A stretch of 64,000 nucleotides of DNA from Alphaproteobacteria bacterium (GCA_017463185.1 JAFTPS010000013.1:3826-67825), one strand, 5' to 3'. Shown: positions 9,266 through 18,586, numbered from the stretch's first letter. Translations and numbers: made by a program. Notes: generated by a model from the letters alone, not told the origin.

Positions 9266-9628
9266 ATGAAATGTCAAAAAATGCTTGTGGGACTGGCGTT
9301 ATCATTGGTTGTGATACCGGCGTTTGCCGCGGCGAATATTGATGGACTATGTGGACTGATTGCCGAAATGCAGGGAATTTTCAAAATTCTGCGGACATTG
9401 GCATTCGCGGGGGCGGGATTTATTCTGGCCAAATATGCGTGGGAAGCAATCAGTACTGGTAAATTAAATGGTGAAGCAGAACTTATCAAAGGGGTACAGA
9501 AAACAGGTATTCCAATGCTGGTGGGGCTAATTTTGCTGTTTATGATTGGCACTATATTACAGGTGCTAAGTTCTGCTTCTGGGGCCAGTGTGTTGGGGTG
9601 CAGTGACGAGTTGTTTCAAGGATGGTAA
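9266..9628 (+). CDS. Small membrane protein, TrbC/VirB2 pilin-like architecture
   Basis: 120 aa. Signal peptide (LALSLVVIPAFAAA) plus two hydrophobic helices separated by a short polar loop, as in T4SS pilins. Assignment rests on architecture only. Confidence 0.35.
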   Translation: MKCQKMLVGLALSLVVIPAFAAANIDGLCGLIAEMQGIFKILRTLAFAGAGFILAKYAWEAISTGKLNGEAELIKGVQKTGIPMLVGLILLFMIGTILQVLSSASGASVLGCSDELFQGW

Positions 9629-9643
9629 ATAAAGGGGGGTAAA

Positions 9644-9739
9644 ATGAGAATTACATATGAACATAAAAAGTGTATAGTTTATTATGTTGCCGTCGTTGCA
9701 ATATTGCTGTGCGGCGTTATGATTGGAATAGGGTATTAA
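9644..9739 (+). CDS. 31-aa single-TM mini-protein (not in ORF track)
   Basis: Strong SD aaagggggg 6 nt before the ATG at 9644. MRITYEHKKCIVYYVAVVAILLCGVMIGIGY, stop at 9737-9739, terminator immediately after. Confidence 0.4.
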   Translation: MRITYEHKKCIVYYVAVVAILLCGVMIGIGY

Positions 9740-9767
9740 AAATCCCGCCATTGGCGGGATTTTTTTC
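9738..9767 (+). terminator. Rho-independent terminator
   Basis: aaaaATCCCGCCattGGCGGGATttttttt. The hairpin is identical to the one at 32811-32837. Confidence 0.85.
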
Positions 9768-9768
9768 A

Positions 9769-9835
9769 GTGGTTAGTGTAAGTGGTTAGTGAATAGTGGC
9801 GGAATACATAAAAAGTTATTAGTGTTTTGTTATTA
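9769..9835 (+). repeat. Solo remnant of the four-helix-bundle cassette 5' end
   Basis: agtggttagtgtaagtggttagtgaatagtggcggaatacataaaaag aligns with 2958-3004, but ATG has become ATA and the ORF is gone. Confidence 0.75.
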
Positions 9836-9892
9836 TAATGTGTGATACGACCATCAACACTGGCATAAAATTAAAATCGCCACAGGGGCGAT
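9828..9892. repeat. Direct repeat copy 1 (about 65 bp, includes a terminator hairpin)
   Basis: The 49-bp core gatacgaccatcaacactggcataaaattaaaatcgccacaggggcgat is identical to 10001-10049. Flanks are partly conserved. Confidence 0.9.
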
Positions 9893-9896
9893 AAAA

Positions 9897-9990
9897 ATGT
9901 GTCGTGCCTGGGCTGTAATTCCCACCACTTTGTGGCGGGCCCCTTTCACTTCGCGTGCAAGCACGCCTCGTTCCGAACCACACATTATTG
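9897..9990 (-). ncRNA. Candidate small RNA between duplicated terminator modules
   Basis: GC-rich, about 95 nt. Hairpins CCCGCCAC-AAAG-GUGGUGGG and GCGUG-CUUG-CACGC on the minus strand. Followed by the same terminator that follows tRNA-Pro. Identity unknown. Confidence 0.25.
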
Positions 9991-10049
9991 CATAATGTAT
10001 GATACGACCATCAACACTGGCATAAAATTAAAATCGCCACAGGGGCGAT
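9984..10049. repeat. Direct repeat copy 2
   Basis: See 9828-9892. This copy lies directly downstream of tRNA-Pro on the minus strand. Confidence 0.9.
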
Positions 10050-10059
10050 TTGAATTTTA

Positions 10060-10136
<77 letters not shown>

Positions 10137-10266
10137 TTAAACAATGCGGACCTGATTATGCAATTAAAATTTATAAAAATCAATCTTTTTTGTTGAATTT
10201 TTCCCTTGTATTTTTGCCTTTATCGCACCATATTTATCTTTGCATACAACAAAAAAAGGAATAAAT

Positions 10267-11946
10267 ATGTTTGCATTACGTTTTTTACAAAAAAATAAAT
10301 TTGATAATTATGATGATTATCGTAAAAACGCAACGCCAACTGTTCCTGATAACTTTAACTTTGCGTATGATGTTATTGACGTTATGGCAGACGAGACGCC
10401 AGACAAAGTTGCATTGTTATGGGTCAACGACAGTGGTGAAAAGAAATCAATCACATTTAAGGCTTTGTCACGAATGTCAAATGCTGTGGCGAATTTTTTA
10501 AGTGCGCGTGGTTTGAAAAAGGGTGACACGGTTTTATTATTTTTGCGTCGTCGGTGGGAATATTGGGTTTTGATGATGGCGATGCATAAATTGGGGGTAA
10601 TTCCAATTCCGTCAACCAATCAATTAAAGGCCGAGGATATTGAATATCGTATTGATACCGCGGGTGCACGTGCAATTATTGCGTTTGATGATGGTATGGT
10701 TGTCGGAGAAATCAAATCTGCCATTGGGGACCGTGATGTCCAGCTGATTGACTGTGCCGAGATTTCAGACGCAGCCGAAAATGGAAATCCGAAATTGGAA
10801 CGCGTGCCGAATGAAACATTGGATACTATGGTGATTTATTTCACCAGTGGCACAACCGATTTACCAAAAATGGTGGCGCATAATTTTGCATATCCATTGG
10901 GACATATCAATACGGCTGTGTTCTGGCAAAGATTGACGGATGATGATATTCACTTTACATTGTCTGAGTCAGGTTGGGCAAAATGTTCGTGGGGTAAAAT
11001 GTATGGCCAGTGGTTGGCAGGTGCGACTGTGTTTGTGTTTGATTTCAGTCGTGTGTTTACTGCGCACGATTTGTTGACCGCAATTGCAGAAAATCGTGTG
11101 ACGTCGTTCTGTGCGCCGCCGACCGCGTATAAAATGATTATTCATGCGGATATGAGTAAATATGACCTGTCGTCGTTAAAGAAAGCCGATATTGCGGGTG
11201 AAGCCCTGAATCCAGAAGTTTATGAACGTTTCCTGGAAAAGACCGGTATCAAGATGCGCGAAGGTTTTGGTCAGACAGAAACCTGTGTAATGTTGTTTAA
11301 CAATGAATGGATTGAACCAAAACCAGGGTCTATGGGTATGCCTGCGGCCGGTTGGGATGTTCAATTATTGGATGAACGTGGTCGTCCGGTTGCTGATGGT
11401 ACGGTGGGTGAAATCTGTGTTTGCCTGAAAGATTCACGTCCGATCGGATTGTTCCAGGGGTATCACAAAAATGAAAAACTGACCGCGGCGGCATATCGCG
11501 ATGGTTATTATCATACGGGTGATGTCGCATACCGTGATGCGGATGGGTATTTCTGGTTCGTGGGGCGCAATGATGATTTGATTAAAAGTTGTGGATATCG
11601 TATCAGTCCGTTTGAGGTGGAAAGTGTTCTGTTGGAACATCCCGCCGTCCGCGAGGTTGCCGTCACCGGTGTTCCCGACGCGGCCCGTGGTCAGGCGGTT
11701 AAAGCAACCATTGTTTTGAATAAATATTTTCAGCCGACTGATGTTGTAATGCGTCAATTACAGGACCATGTAAAATCCCGCACGGCGCATTATAAATGTC
11801 CGCGTGTGATAGAATTTGTGGACAGCCTGCCGATGACTATCAGTGGGAAAATTCGTCGTGCGTTGATTCGCACCCTGGACAGTGCCAAGGAAACAATCGT
11901 TGACCCAGTTAAAAATACGATTGGCCTGGGCAAGAAAGAGGAATAA
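10267..11946 (+). CDS. AMP-forming acyl-CoA synthetase (medium-chain type)
   Basis: YFTSGTTDLPKMVAH (AMP-binding), GYYHTGDVAYRDADGYFWFVGRNDDLIK, SGKIRR. ATG at 10267 after aaaaagga. Confidence 0.85.
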   Translation: MFALRFLQKNKFDNYDDYRKNATPTVPDNFNFAYDVIDVMADETPDKVALLWVNDSGEKKSITFKALSRMSNAVANFLSARGLKKGDTVLLFLRRRWEYWVLMMAMHKLGVIPIPSTNQLKAEDIEYRIDTAGARAIIAFDDGMVVGEIKSAIGDRDVQLIDCAEISDAAENGNPKLERVPNETLDTMVIYFTSGTTDLPKMVAHNFAYPLGHINTAVFWQRLTDDDIHFTLSESGWAKCSWGKMYGQWLAGATVFVFDFSRVFTAHDLLTAIAENRVTSFCAPPTAYKMIIHADMSKYDLSSLKKADIAGEALNPEVYERFLEKTGIKMREGFGQTETCVMLFNNEWIEPKPGSMGMPAAGWDVQLLDERGRPVADGTVGEICVCLKDSRPIGLFQGYHKNEKLTAAAYRDGYYHTGDVAYRDADGYFWFVGRNDDLIKSCGYRISPFEVESVLLEHPAVREVAVTGVPDAARGQAVKATIVLNKYFQPTDVVMRQLQDHVKSRTAHYKCPRVIEFVDSLPMTISGKIRRALIRTLDSAKETIVDPVKNTIGLGKKEE

Positions 11947-11969
11947 AATCCCCCATTTGGGGGATTTTT
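11945..11969 (+). terminator. Rho-independent terminator
   Basis: ATCCCCCatttGGGGGAT followed by T5. Confidence 0.85.
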
Positions 11970-12030
11970 ACTAGTGAATGCTGAACAGTGAAAATGGAAT
12001 TTATAAAATATCGTCATATCAGCGCGGGCC

Positions 12031-12056
12031 TCTATCCACTAACGACTCGCCACTAA
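12031..12056. repeat. Degenerate remnant resembling the cassette right IR (CCACTAAC-type)
   Basis: tctatccactaacgactcgccactaat, shortly after a terminator. Confidence 0.4.
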
Positions 12057-12105
12057 TTTTATTTGTGGTTGCAATTTGGCTTTGTTTTGTAATAATCCAT
12101 ACACT

Positions 12106-13125
12106 ATGGCACGCAAGAGAGAGATTTTTCCAATTCGCGTTTTAATTCAGATGATAGTTATTCCGGTGCTGATTATAGTGATTGCGCTGGGGTATATGTT
12201 TTGTGTTCAATCAACGGTTAAAAACGATTCTGTGTACAGTATTTCCCGTGGTGATACCGTGTCGGGGACGGCGACGCAATTAGTGCGGCGTGGGTTGGTC
12301 GATTCGGAACAGGTTTTCAAAATGTCAGTGCGCCTGAATGGTGGTCAGATTCAAAGTGGTGAATATGATATACCTGCCGGGGCCAGTAGTTGGCACATTG
12401 CGCGTATGTTTGCACAGGGCGATGTTGCCGCCACAACGGTCGTTATACCAGAGGGCTTGACCATAATCCAAATTAAAAATTTATTGTTAAATGCGCCTGG
12501 GTTGTCTGGTGGGGTTGAATGCGCGGCGGACAATATGGCATTGGTGTGTGGTCTGCGCGATGGTGATATTTTCCCGGATACTTATCGTGTGGCAAAGGGG
12601 ACTGCGCGTTTGGCGGTGCTGGAACTGGCGCGTAAAAAAATGGTTTCTGTTAAAGAAGCGTGGGGAAAAACGAATCGCAGATTGCCAAAACCACTGCGGG
12701 ATTGGAATGATGTTATAACATTGGCGTCTATTGTTCAGAAAGAAACACCCCAGGCGCGTGAAATGCCAATTGTTGCCAGTGTTTATTTGAACCGCTTGAA
12801 TAAAGGGATGCGTTTGCAAGCCGACCCGACCGTTGTTTATGCTTTGACGGGCGGTCTGGGGGATATGCAGGGGGCACCACTGTTGCGGGGGCATCTTAAA
12901 ATTGAAAGTCCTTATAATACATATAGAAATGCTGGTTTGCCACCAGCACCAATTGCTAATGTGGGCCAGAATGCGATTCGTGCTGTGTTAAATCCTGCAG
13001 ATACAAATTATTTGTTTTTTGTTGCCGACGGGCAGGGTGGGCATAAGTTCGCACGCGACTATGAAACGCATATGAAAAATCATAATGACTGGCGTGTAAT
13101 AAAAAAAATAAAAAATAAAAATTGA
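12106..13125 (+). CDS. mltG: Endolytic murein transglycosylase MltG (YceG-like)
   Basis: N-terminal TM segment. ASIVQKETPQAREMPIVASVYLNRL, LQADPTVVYAL, SPYNTYRNAGLPPAPIANVG. ATG at 12106 (the track start is TTG). Confidence 0.9.
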   Translation: MARKREIFPIRVLIQMIVIPVLIIVIALGYMFCVQSTVKNDSVYSISRGDTVSGTATQLVRRGLVDSEQVFKMSVRLNGGQIQSGEYDIPAGASSWHIARMFAQGDVAATTVVIPEGLTIIQIKNLLLNAPGLSGGVECAADNMALVCGLRDGDIFPDTYRVAKGTARLAVLELARKKMVSVKEAWGKTNRRLPKPLRDWNDVITLASIVQKETPQAREMPIVASVYLNRLNKGMRLQADPTVVYALTGGLGDMQGAPLLRGHLKIESPYNTYRNAGLPPAPIANVGQNAIRAVLNPADTNYLFFVADGQGGHKFARDYETHMKNHNDWRVIKKIKNKN

Positions 13126-13382
13126 AAAACCGTCACTTGATTAAAAATAATAATTATTAAAAAGTATAACGAATTATAACAAATCTAAAAAATACCCAGG
13201 AAATCTGGGCGTTTGAAAATATTATGGGATTAAAATCCGATTCGCGTACGCGTGGGATAGTATCATATTTTTTTGGGTTTTGCAAAAATCTTTGGTGTTG
13301 CGGGCGGGATTTTGGTCCTGGTAAAATTGTAATAACTAGACCAAAAGCATCTAGTGGTTTAATCTTAACGAAAGGAAAGAAT

Positions 13383-14168
13383 ATGAAAAAATTAGCTTTA
13401 ACATCTTTATTGGCTGTATTTGCGGTATCTGGTGCACACGCGGCAAACATTATTGATGGTAATCCATTATACCGCCCAGGTGAAGGTCGTTTTTACAGCA
13501 ATTTTGCGGTAGAATCGCATTCAGAGGCAATTGAAGATTGGGGCATTACCGAAGAATTTGGCTATGGTATTACAAATGATTTGGCTGTATTTATGAAGAC
13601 AGGGGTGTCAGAAGCAGAAGGCTTTGATGCAATGTCTTGGGATGAATTTACAGTTGGATTAAATTATCGTGCGATTGATATGGGCAACTGGAAAGCTGAT
13701 GTGTATGGCGTGTACAGTTTGGACCCTGTATGGGGCGACCATGTTCCATTCTTGGACAAAGATATGACGGAATATACATGGACGTTAGGTATTCGTGGTG
13801 GTTATGTCGGTGAAGGTTGGACATTGGCCGGACATGTAGACTTTGACTATCTGAACAGCGAATCGTTCAACTGGGGTGACGATGGTATGCATAAATTGAG
13901 TGTCGGTGTTGATGGTCAGTTGGTGCTGTGTCCAAAATGGAACCTGATTGCAGGGGTTGAATATACCGGTGTTCTGGATGATGAAACACCAGCAGGTATT
14001 GAAATCAAAGACGCTGGTAAATGGACCGGTAAATTTGGCGCCAACTATAACCTGGACGAAACAAAATACATTGGTGCATATGTCATGGGTGAAATGGAAC
14101 ATTCTACCGGTGATTGGGAATGGGTTGATGGATTTGGGTTTGGTGTCAACTTTGGCATTGAATTCTAA
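13383..14168 (+). CDS. Outer-membrane beta-barrel protein (porin-like)
   Basis: ATG at 13383 after aaaggaaag. Signal peptide MKKLALTSLLAVFAVSGAHA, alternating amphipathic strands, C-terminal ...GVNFGIEF (terminal Phe). Confidence 0.7.
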   Translation: MKKLALTSLLAVFAVSGAHAANIIDGNPLYRPGEGRFYSNFAVESHSEAIEDWGITEEFGYGITNDLAVFMKTGVSEAEGFDAMSWDEFTVGLNYRAIDMGNWKADVYGVYSLDPVWGDHVPFLDKDMTEYTWTLGIRGGYVGEGWTLAGHVDFDYLNSESFNWGDDGMHKLSVGVDGQLVLCPKWNLIAGVEYTGVLDDETPAGIEIKDAGKWTGKFGANYNLDETKYIGAYVMGEMEHSTGDWEWVDGFGFGVNFGIEF

Positions 14169-14199
14169 AAATAAAATCTAATGGCGTGTCTGCGTCAAA

Positions 14200-14250
14200 G
14201 AACCGCAACCTTATGTGTATATTGTACACTGTGGTTGCGGTTTTTGTTTG
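14200..14250 (+). terminator. Rho-independent terminator (long hairpin)
   Basis: aaccgcaacc...ggttgcggtt followed by tttttgtttg. Confidence 0.7.
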
Positions 14251-14339
14251 CTGCTTTCTTTTGAATTTTTTACTAGTGCCGGATGCCGTGTACACCGACC
14301 GCTCTAAATTATTTTTATTTATTTTCCCAAGGCAGCGGT

Positions 14340-14972
14340 TTAATTTGTATAATAGCAATTGTTGCTGAATTCATATGTGCCGCTGGTATCTTGTATGGAT
14401 TGTGCGGATGGTATATAGCAGGAAGTTATTGAAGTCGCGCCACCAGATGCGGTTGTGCCATATACATCGCCGGATGATGGACAACGTGCACAAGTATTGC
14501 CGTTTTTATAATAGCCTTGGTTGCAACTAAATGTTGTGCCGCCATCACAGGTTGCGTTACTGGGGCAAATTGTGCAGCCTGTGGATGAAGATGTGGGGCT
14601 GCCATAATATCCGGTTTCGCAGGTGTAATCCTGTATTGTGTATGTGGTGCATTCGGCTGGTGTGTTGTAATCCTCTTTTTCTGGGCAGGTCGTAAATTCA
14701 ATTACGCGCCAGTTTGATGTTATAACATGTGAAGAATAATTAGTTGTTGTGGATGTTGGAACACCGCGATAGGGTAGCCATTCTTCACATTCCATCATAC
14801 ATGGGTCGTCCATTGTATACCAACCGCCTGAATCATTGATTGGTTGGCAGGCGCTGACGTCTACATAAGCGCACGGATTTATTGGGTAAAGGTTGGAATA
14901 TTGAGCGTATATGTTTTTTGTTGTAATACAGGCAATGCAAATATACGCACTTGTGATAATTTTTTTGTTCAT
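14340..14972 (-). CDS. Secreted Cys-rich protein with furin/ephrin-receptor-like (CxxGYY...CxxCP) repeats
   Basis: 210 aa, RBS aggag, signal-like N-terminus. CETGYYGSPTSSSTGCTICPSNATCDGGTTFSCNQGYYKNGNTCARCPSSG. Confidence 0.7.
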   Translation of the reverse strand: MNKKIITSAYICIACITTKNIYAQYSNLYPINPCAYVDVSACQPINDSGGWYTMDDPCMMECEEWLPYRGVPTSTTTNYSSHVITSNWRVIEFTTCPEKEDYNTPAECTTYTIQDYTCETGYYGSPTSSSTGCTICPSNATCDGGTTFSCNQGYYKNGNTCARCPSSGDVYGTTASGGATSITSCYIPSAQSIQDTSGTYEFSNNCYYTN

Positions 14973-15218
14973 TTGTTCTATCTCCTGTGTTTTTTGATTA
15001 AAAGCAAAAAACCGTCAATTTTTTTGACGGTCAGGAGGTTAGTAACAATCCATAGAATTGCGTGCTTATTTATGTATATCGCAACCCTCCTGACCGATGG
15101 TCAGGAGATTTTTTCGTCACAGACAATAAAAAAAGACGCGTTTTTGCGCCATTTTAAGTCTTGTTTGTTGACGCTATGGCAGAGGTTACTACGCCTCATC
15201 GTCAGAATACCTGACGAC
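14973..15218 (-). promoter_or_regulatory. Conserved structured 5' leader, copy A (homolog of 44365-44603)
   Basis: The minus-strand core at 15005-15115 is about four-fifths identical by eye to 44477-44588. It has a CUCCUGACC-nnn-GGUCAGGAG hairpin, a downstream CCUCCUGACCGUC, and a terminator hairpin with a U-run. Confidence 0.55.
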
Positions 15219-15224
15219 GTTTCT

Positions 15225-15253
15225 ATTCTATCAAATCAAGTTTTTTTATGCAA
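15225..15253 (-). promoter_or_regulatory. Sigma70-like promoter (TTGCAT-17-TAGAAT) for leader copy A
   Basis: Minus strand ttgcat at 15253-15248 and tagaat at 15230-15225. Confidence 0.5.
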
Positions 15254-15373
15254 TATTGAATTTAACAAGGGATGTTGTACGGATTAAAAATTTGTCATTG
15301 TTGTGAGTAGGGTAAAATCCTAATTTTTCGCGCTTTTCAAGCGGAAATCTTATATTTTTTTCCTAGTTTTTTC

Positions 15374-15402
15374 TTGACAATGCGGGGGGCTGAGTTTATA
15401 GT
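15374..15402 (+). promoter_or_regulatory. Sigma70 promoter of the str/ribosomal operon (TTGACA-17-TATAGT)
   Basis: ttgaca at 15374-15379, tatagt at 15397-15402. Confidence 0.7.
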
Positions 15403-15554
15403 ATGTTCGCTTTCCGTGTAAATAAGGAAGGTATAAAATACAGAAACCGCTTTGATTTTACAGATTTATAATCCGGCGTTAAGTCGTTGAAATAAGTCTG
15501 ATAGGCGGGGTTTGTGCAGACTAAAAAACGAGTAGAAAAACAAAGAGATTTTGA

Positions 15555-15926
15555 ATGCCAACAGTAAATCAACTGATTCGGAAACCTCGTAAAAAAGTCG
15601 TAGTGAAAAGCACTGCGCCTGATATGATGGAAAACCCACAGAAACGTGGGGTTTGCACTCGTGTTTATACGACGACTCCGAAAAAACCTAACTCGGCGCA
15701 GCGTAAGGTTGCCCGTGTAAAACTGGCAAACGGCCGCGAAGTAACTGCTTATATTCCTGGCGAAGGTCATAACCTGCAGGAACACAGCGTTGTTATGATT
15801 CGTGGTGGTCGTGTAAAGGACTTGCCTGGTGTTAAATATCACATTATCCGCGGTGTTTTGGATACCAAGGGTGTGGATGCACGTAAACAGGGTCGTTCTT
15901 TGTATGGTGCCAAAACCAAGAAATAA
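15555..15926 (+). CDS. rpsL: 30S ribosomal protein S12
   Basis: [10 protein letters not shown]...[16 protein letters not shown]...[13 protein letters not shown]. Confidence 0.98.
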   Translation: MPTVNQLIRKPRKKVVVKSTAPDMMENPQKRGVCTRVYTTTPKKPNSAQRKVARVKLANGREVTAYIPGEGHNLQEHSVVMIRGGRVKDLPGVKYHIIRGVLDTKGVDARKQGRSLYGAKTKK

Positions 15927-16000
15927 TAAAAAATAACCACACGTATGTAATGTACGTGAGTAATTCGCACATGCGGATGAAGTGAAAAAGGAAAATAAAT

Positions 16001-16477
16001 ATGTCAAGACGTAAAGCTGCAACTAAACGTGAAATCTTGCCAGATTCCAAATATAATAATCTGGTTGTTGCAAAGTGTATAAATGTTGTTATGTGGGACG
16101 GCAAAAAAGAAGTTGCCGAAAACATCGTATATGGCGCATTGGATAAATTAAAAACATTGGCCAAAGATGGTAAAAGTGAATTGGATATGTTCCTGGAAGC
16201 GGTTGATGCTTTGAAACCATCAGTAGAGGTCAAAGGTCGTCGTGTAGGTGGTGCAACATATCAGGTCCCGGTTGAGGTAAGACCGGCGCGTCAGCAAACA
16301 ATGGCCCTGCGTTGGTTGGTTATGTTTGCGCGTAAACGTGGTGAACGCAGCATGGAAGACAGACTGTTTGGCGAATTGCGTGATGCCTTGAATGGTCAGG
16401 GGGGCGCATTTAAAAAGAAAATTGACACACATAAAATGGCAGAAGCGAACAAGGCGTTTGCTCACTTCCGCTGGTAA
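16001..16477 (+). CDS. rpsG: 30S ribosomal protein S7
   Basis: [18 protein letters not shown]...[19 protein letters not shown]...AHFRW. Confidence 0.98.
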   Translation: MSRRKAATKREILPDSKYNNLVVAKCINVVMWDGKKEVAENIVYGALDKLKTLAKDGKSELDMFLEAVDALKPSVEVKGRRVGGATYQVPVEVRPARQQTMALRWLVMFARKRGERSMEDRLFGELRDALNGQGGAFKKKIDTHKMAEANKAFAHFRW

Positions 16478-16504
16478 TAAAAACAAAGGCAAAGGAAAGA
16501 TACA

Positions 16505-18586
16505 ATGTCAGTCGGAAAAACCGCACCTTTACATATGTACCGCAATATCGGCATTATGGCCCATATTGACGCGGGTAAAACAACAACTTCTGAACGTATC
16601 TTGTTCTATACGGGTAAAACATACAAAATTGGTGAAGTGCACGATGGTGGTGCAACGATGGACTGGATGGCCCAGGAACAGGAGCGCGGTATTACAATTA
16701 CATCTGCAGCAACAACTTGCTTTTGGCGTGACCATCGTATCAATTTGATTGATACCCCGGGGCACGTGGACTTTACAATGGAAGTGGAACGTTCTTTGCG
16801 CGTTCTGGATGGTGCAGTTGCGGTTTTTGAATCTGTGTCCGGTGTTCAGCCACAAACAGAAACAGTATGGCGTCAGGCCGACCGTTATGCGGTTCCGCGT
16901 ATTTGCTTTGTAAATAAAATGGACCGTATTGGTGGTAATTTCTTCCGCTGTGTGGATATGATTCGTGAACGCTTGGGGGCAAATCCATTGGTTCTGAATT
17001 TCCCAATCGGTGCAGAATCTGATTTCCGTGGCGTCGTTGATGTTATTGAAATGAAGGGTATTGTCTGGGAAGATGATATGGGTAAAGAACCACATATTAT
17101 TGAAATTCCTGATGATTTGAAAGAAAAAGCCCAGGAACTGCACGACAAATTGATTGAAGAAGTCGTGACATTGGACGATGAAATTATGGAAGCATATATG
17201 GAAGGGAATGTTCCAGATACAGCGACCATTAAAAAATTGATTCGCAAAGGTACAATTGGCCAGAACTTTAACCCGATTTTGTGCGGTACCGCGTTTAAGA
17301 ACAAGGGCGTTCAGCCATTGTTGGATGCGATTGTAGATTACTTGCCAAGTCCATTGGATATTCCTGCTATTAAAGGTACAAAAATGGACGGTGAAACGGC
17401 CGATGAACGCAAGCCGGACGCCAAGGAACCATTTAGTGCATTGGCATTTAAGGTTGCAAACGATCCATTTGTTGGAAACTTGATGTTTATCCGTATTTAT
17501 TCTGGTAAATTGGTATCGGGTTCGTACATTTATAATTCCAACCGTGATAAACGTGAACGTGTTGGTCGTATGCTGTTGATGCATTCCAATAACCGCGAAG
17601 AAATCAAAGAAGCATCGGCTGGTGATATTATCACATTGGTTGGTATGAAAGAAACAATCACAGGGGATACACTGTGTGATGAATCTAGTCCAATCTTGCT
17701 GGAATCAATCCACGTACCAGAGCCGGTTATGAGCATCGCAGTTGAACCCAAGACCAAGGCGGACATTGAAAAAATGTCTTTGGGGTTGCAAGCGTTGGCC
17801 AAAGAAGACCCGTCGTTCCGTGTATCGGTTGACGAAGAATCTGGTCAGACGATTTTGTCGGGTGTTGGTGAATTGCACTTGGAAATTTTGGTTGACCGCC
17901 TGTTGCGTGAATTTAAAGTTGATGTGAACGTTGGTGAACCACGTATTGCATATCGCGAAGCTTTCCGCAAGCCGGTCACAGAAGAATATACACACAAAAA
18001 ACAGTCTGGTGGTTCTGGTCAGTATGCCCAGGTTAAAATTGAATTTGAACCATTGGAACCGGGCCAGGGCTATGAATTTGAAAACAAGATTGTTGGTGGT
18101 GCTGTTCCAAAAGAATACATCCCAGGTGTTGAAAAAGGTTTGAAGATAGCGCAACAGACAGGTGTTCTGATTGGCTATCCAACAGTGGATTTCAAGGCTA
18201 CATTGGTGGACGGTAAGTATCATGAAGTTGACTCTAATGTATTATGCTTTGAAATTGCGGCGCGTGCTTGCTTCCGCGAAGCGATGAAGAAAGCATCACC
18301 GAAATTGCTGGAACCGATTATGAAACTTTCGGTCAACACACCGGAAGAATACGTCGGTGACATCATTGGGGACTTGAACAGTCGTCGTGGTCAGATCAAT
18401 GGTATTGAAACACAATTCGGTAACCAATTGATTTCTGCGTATGTACCATTGGCAAATCTGTTTGGGTACGTAAAAACATTGCGTTCTTTGTCGCAGGGGC
18501 GTGCAAATCCGTATATGGAATTGTCACACTATGACGAAGTCCCGACAAACGTTGCTGACGAAGTAATCAAGAAGCTGACGAAATAA
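16505..18586 (+). CDS. fusA: Elongation factor G
   Basis: 693 aa. [38 protein letters not shown] domains IV and V. Confidence 0.98.
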   Translation: MSVGKTAPLHMYRNIGIMAHIDAGKTTTSERILFYTGKTYKIGEVHDGGATMDWMAQEQERGITITSAATTCFWRDHRINLIDTPGHVDFTMEVERSLRVLDGAVAVFESVSGVQPQTETVWRQADRYAVPRICFVNKMDRIGGNFFRCVDMIRERLGANPLVLNFPIGAESDFRGVVDVIEMKGIVWEDDMGKEPHIIEIPDDLKEKAQELHDKLIEEVVTLDDEIMEAYMEGNVPDTATIKKLIRKGTIGQNFNPILCGTAFKNKGVQPLLDAIVDYLPSPLDIPAIKGTKMDGETADERKPDAKEPFSALAFKVANDPFVGNLMFIRIYSGKLVSGSYIYNSNRDKRERVGRMLLMHSNNREEIKEASAGDIITLVGMKETITGDTLCDESSPILLESIHVPEPVMSIAVEPKTKADIEKMSLGLQALAKEDPSFRVSVDEESGQTILSGVGELHLEILVDRLLREFKVDVNVGEPRIAYREAFRKPVTEEYTHKKQSGGSGQYAQVKIEFEPLEPGQGYEFENKIVGGAVPKEYIPGVEKGLKIAQQTGVLIGYPTVDFKATLVDGKYHEVDSNVLCFEIAARACFREAMKKASPKLLEPIMKLSVNTPEEYVGDIIGDLNSRRGQINGIETQFGNQLISAYVPLANLFGYVKTLRSLSQGRANPYMELSHYDEVPTNVADEVIKKLTK

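Noticed and set aside
8964-9269. 101-codon plus-strand ORF upstream of the VirB2-like gene
   Set aside because: It has no SD and begins with a non-ATG codon. The region is a stack of GC-rich hairpins ending in an intrinsic terminator, so I interpret it as RNA rather than protein.
9897-9990. SRP (4.5S) RNA or a tmRNA piece
   Set aside because: The size and hairpin shape are suggestive. However, the conserved helix-8 motifs (GGUCAGGUCC-GGAA-GGAAGCAGCC-like), a GNRA apical loop on a short stem, and any T-arm/CCA feature are absent by eye. I kept it only as an unidentified sRNA candidate.
13224-13382. 5' extension of the OMP ORF (track start at 13224)
   Set aside because: The extension lacks an RBS and encodes no signal peptide. 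The ATG at 13383 has a good RBS and gives a canonical signal peptide.
14844-15287. 147-codon plus-strand ORF
   Set aside because: It is antisense to the start of 14340-14972 and to its conserved leader and promoter. It has no RBS.
15396-16022. 208-codon minus-strand ORF covering the rpsL region
   Set aside because: It is antisense to S12 and to its promoter and leader, has no RBS, and its sequence is not protein-like.
16529-17584. 351-codon ORF on the minus strand
   Set aside because: It lies entirely antisense to fusA, whose translation is unmistakably EF-G. The product is low-complexity and rich in Cys, His and Asn, which is typical of a shadow ORF. The same reasoning applies to the other long antisense ORFs in tuf, rplC, rplD, rplB, secY and the Cys-rich genes.
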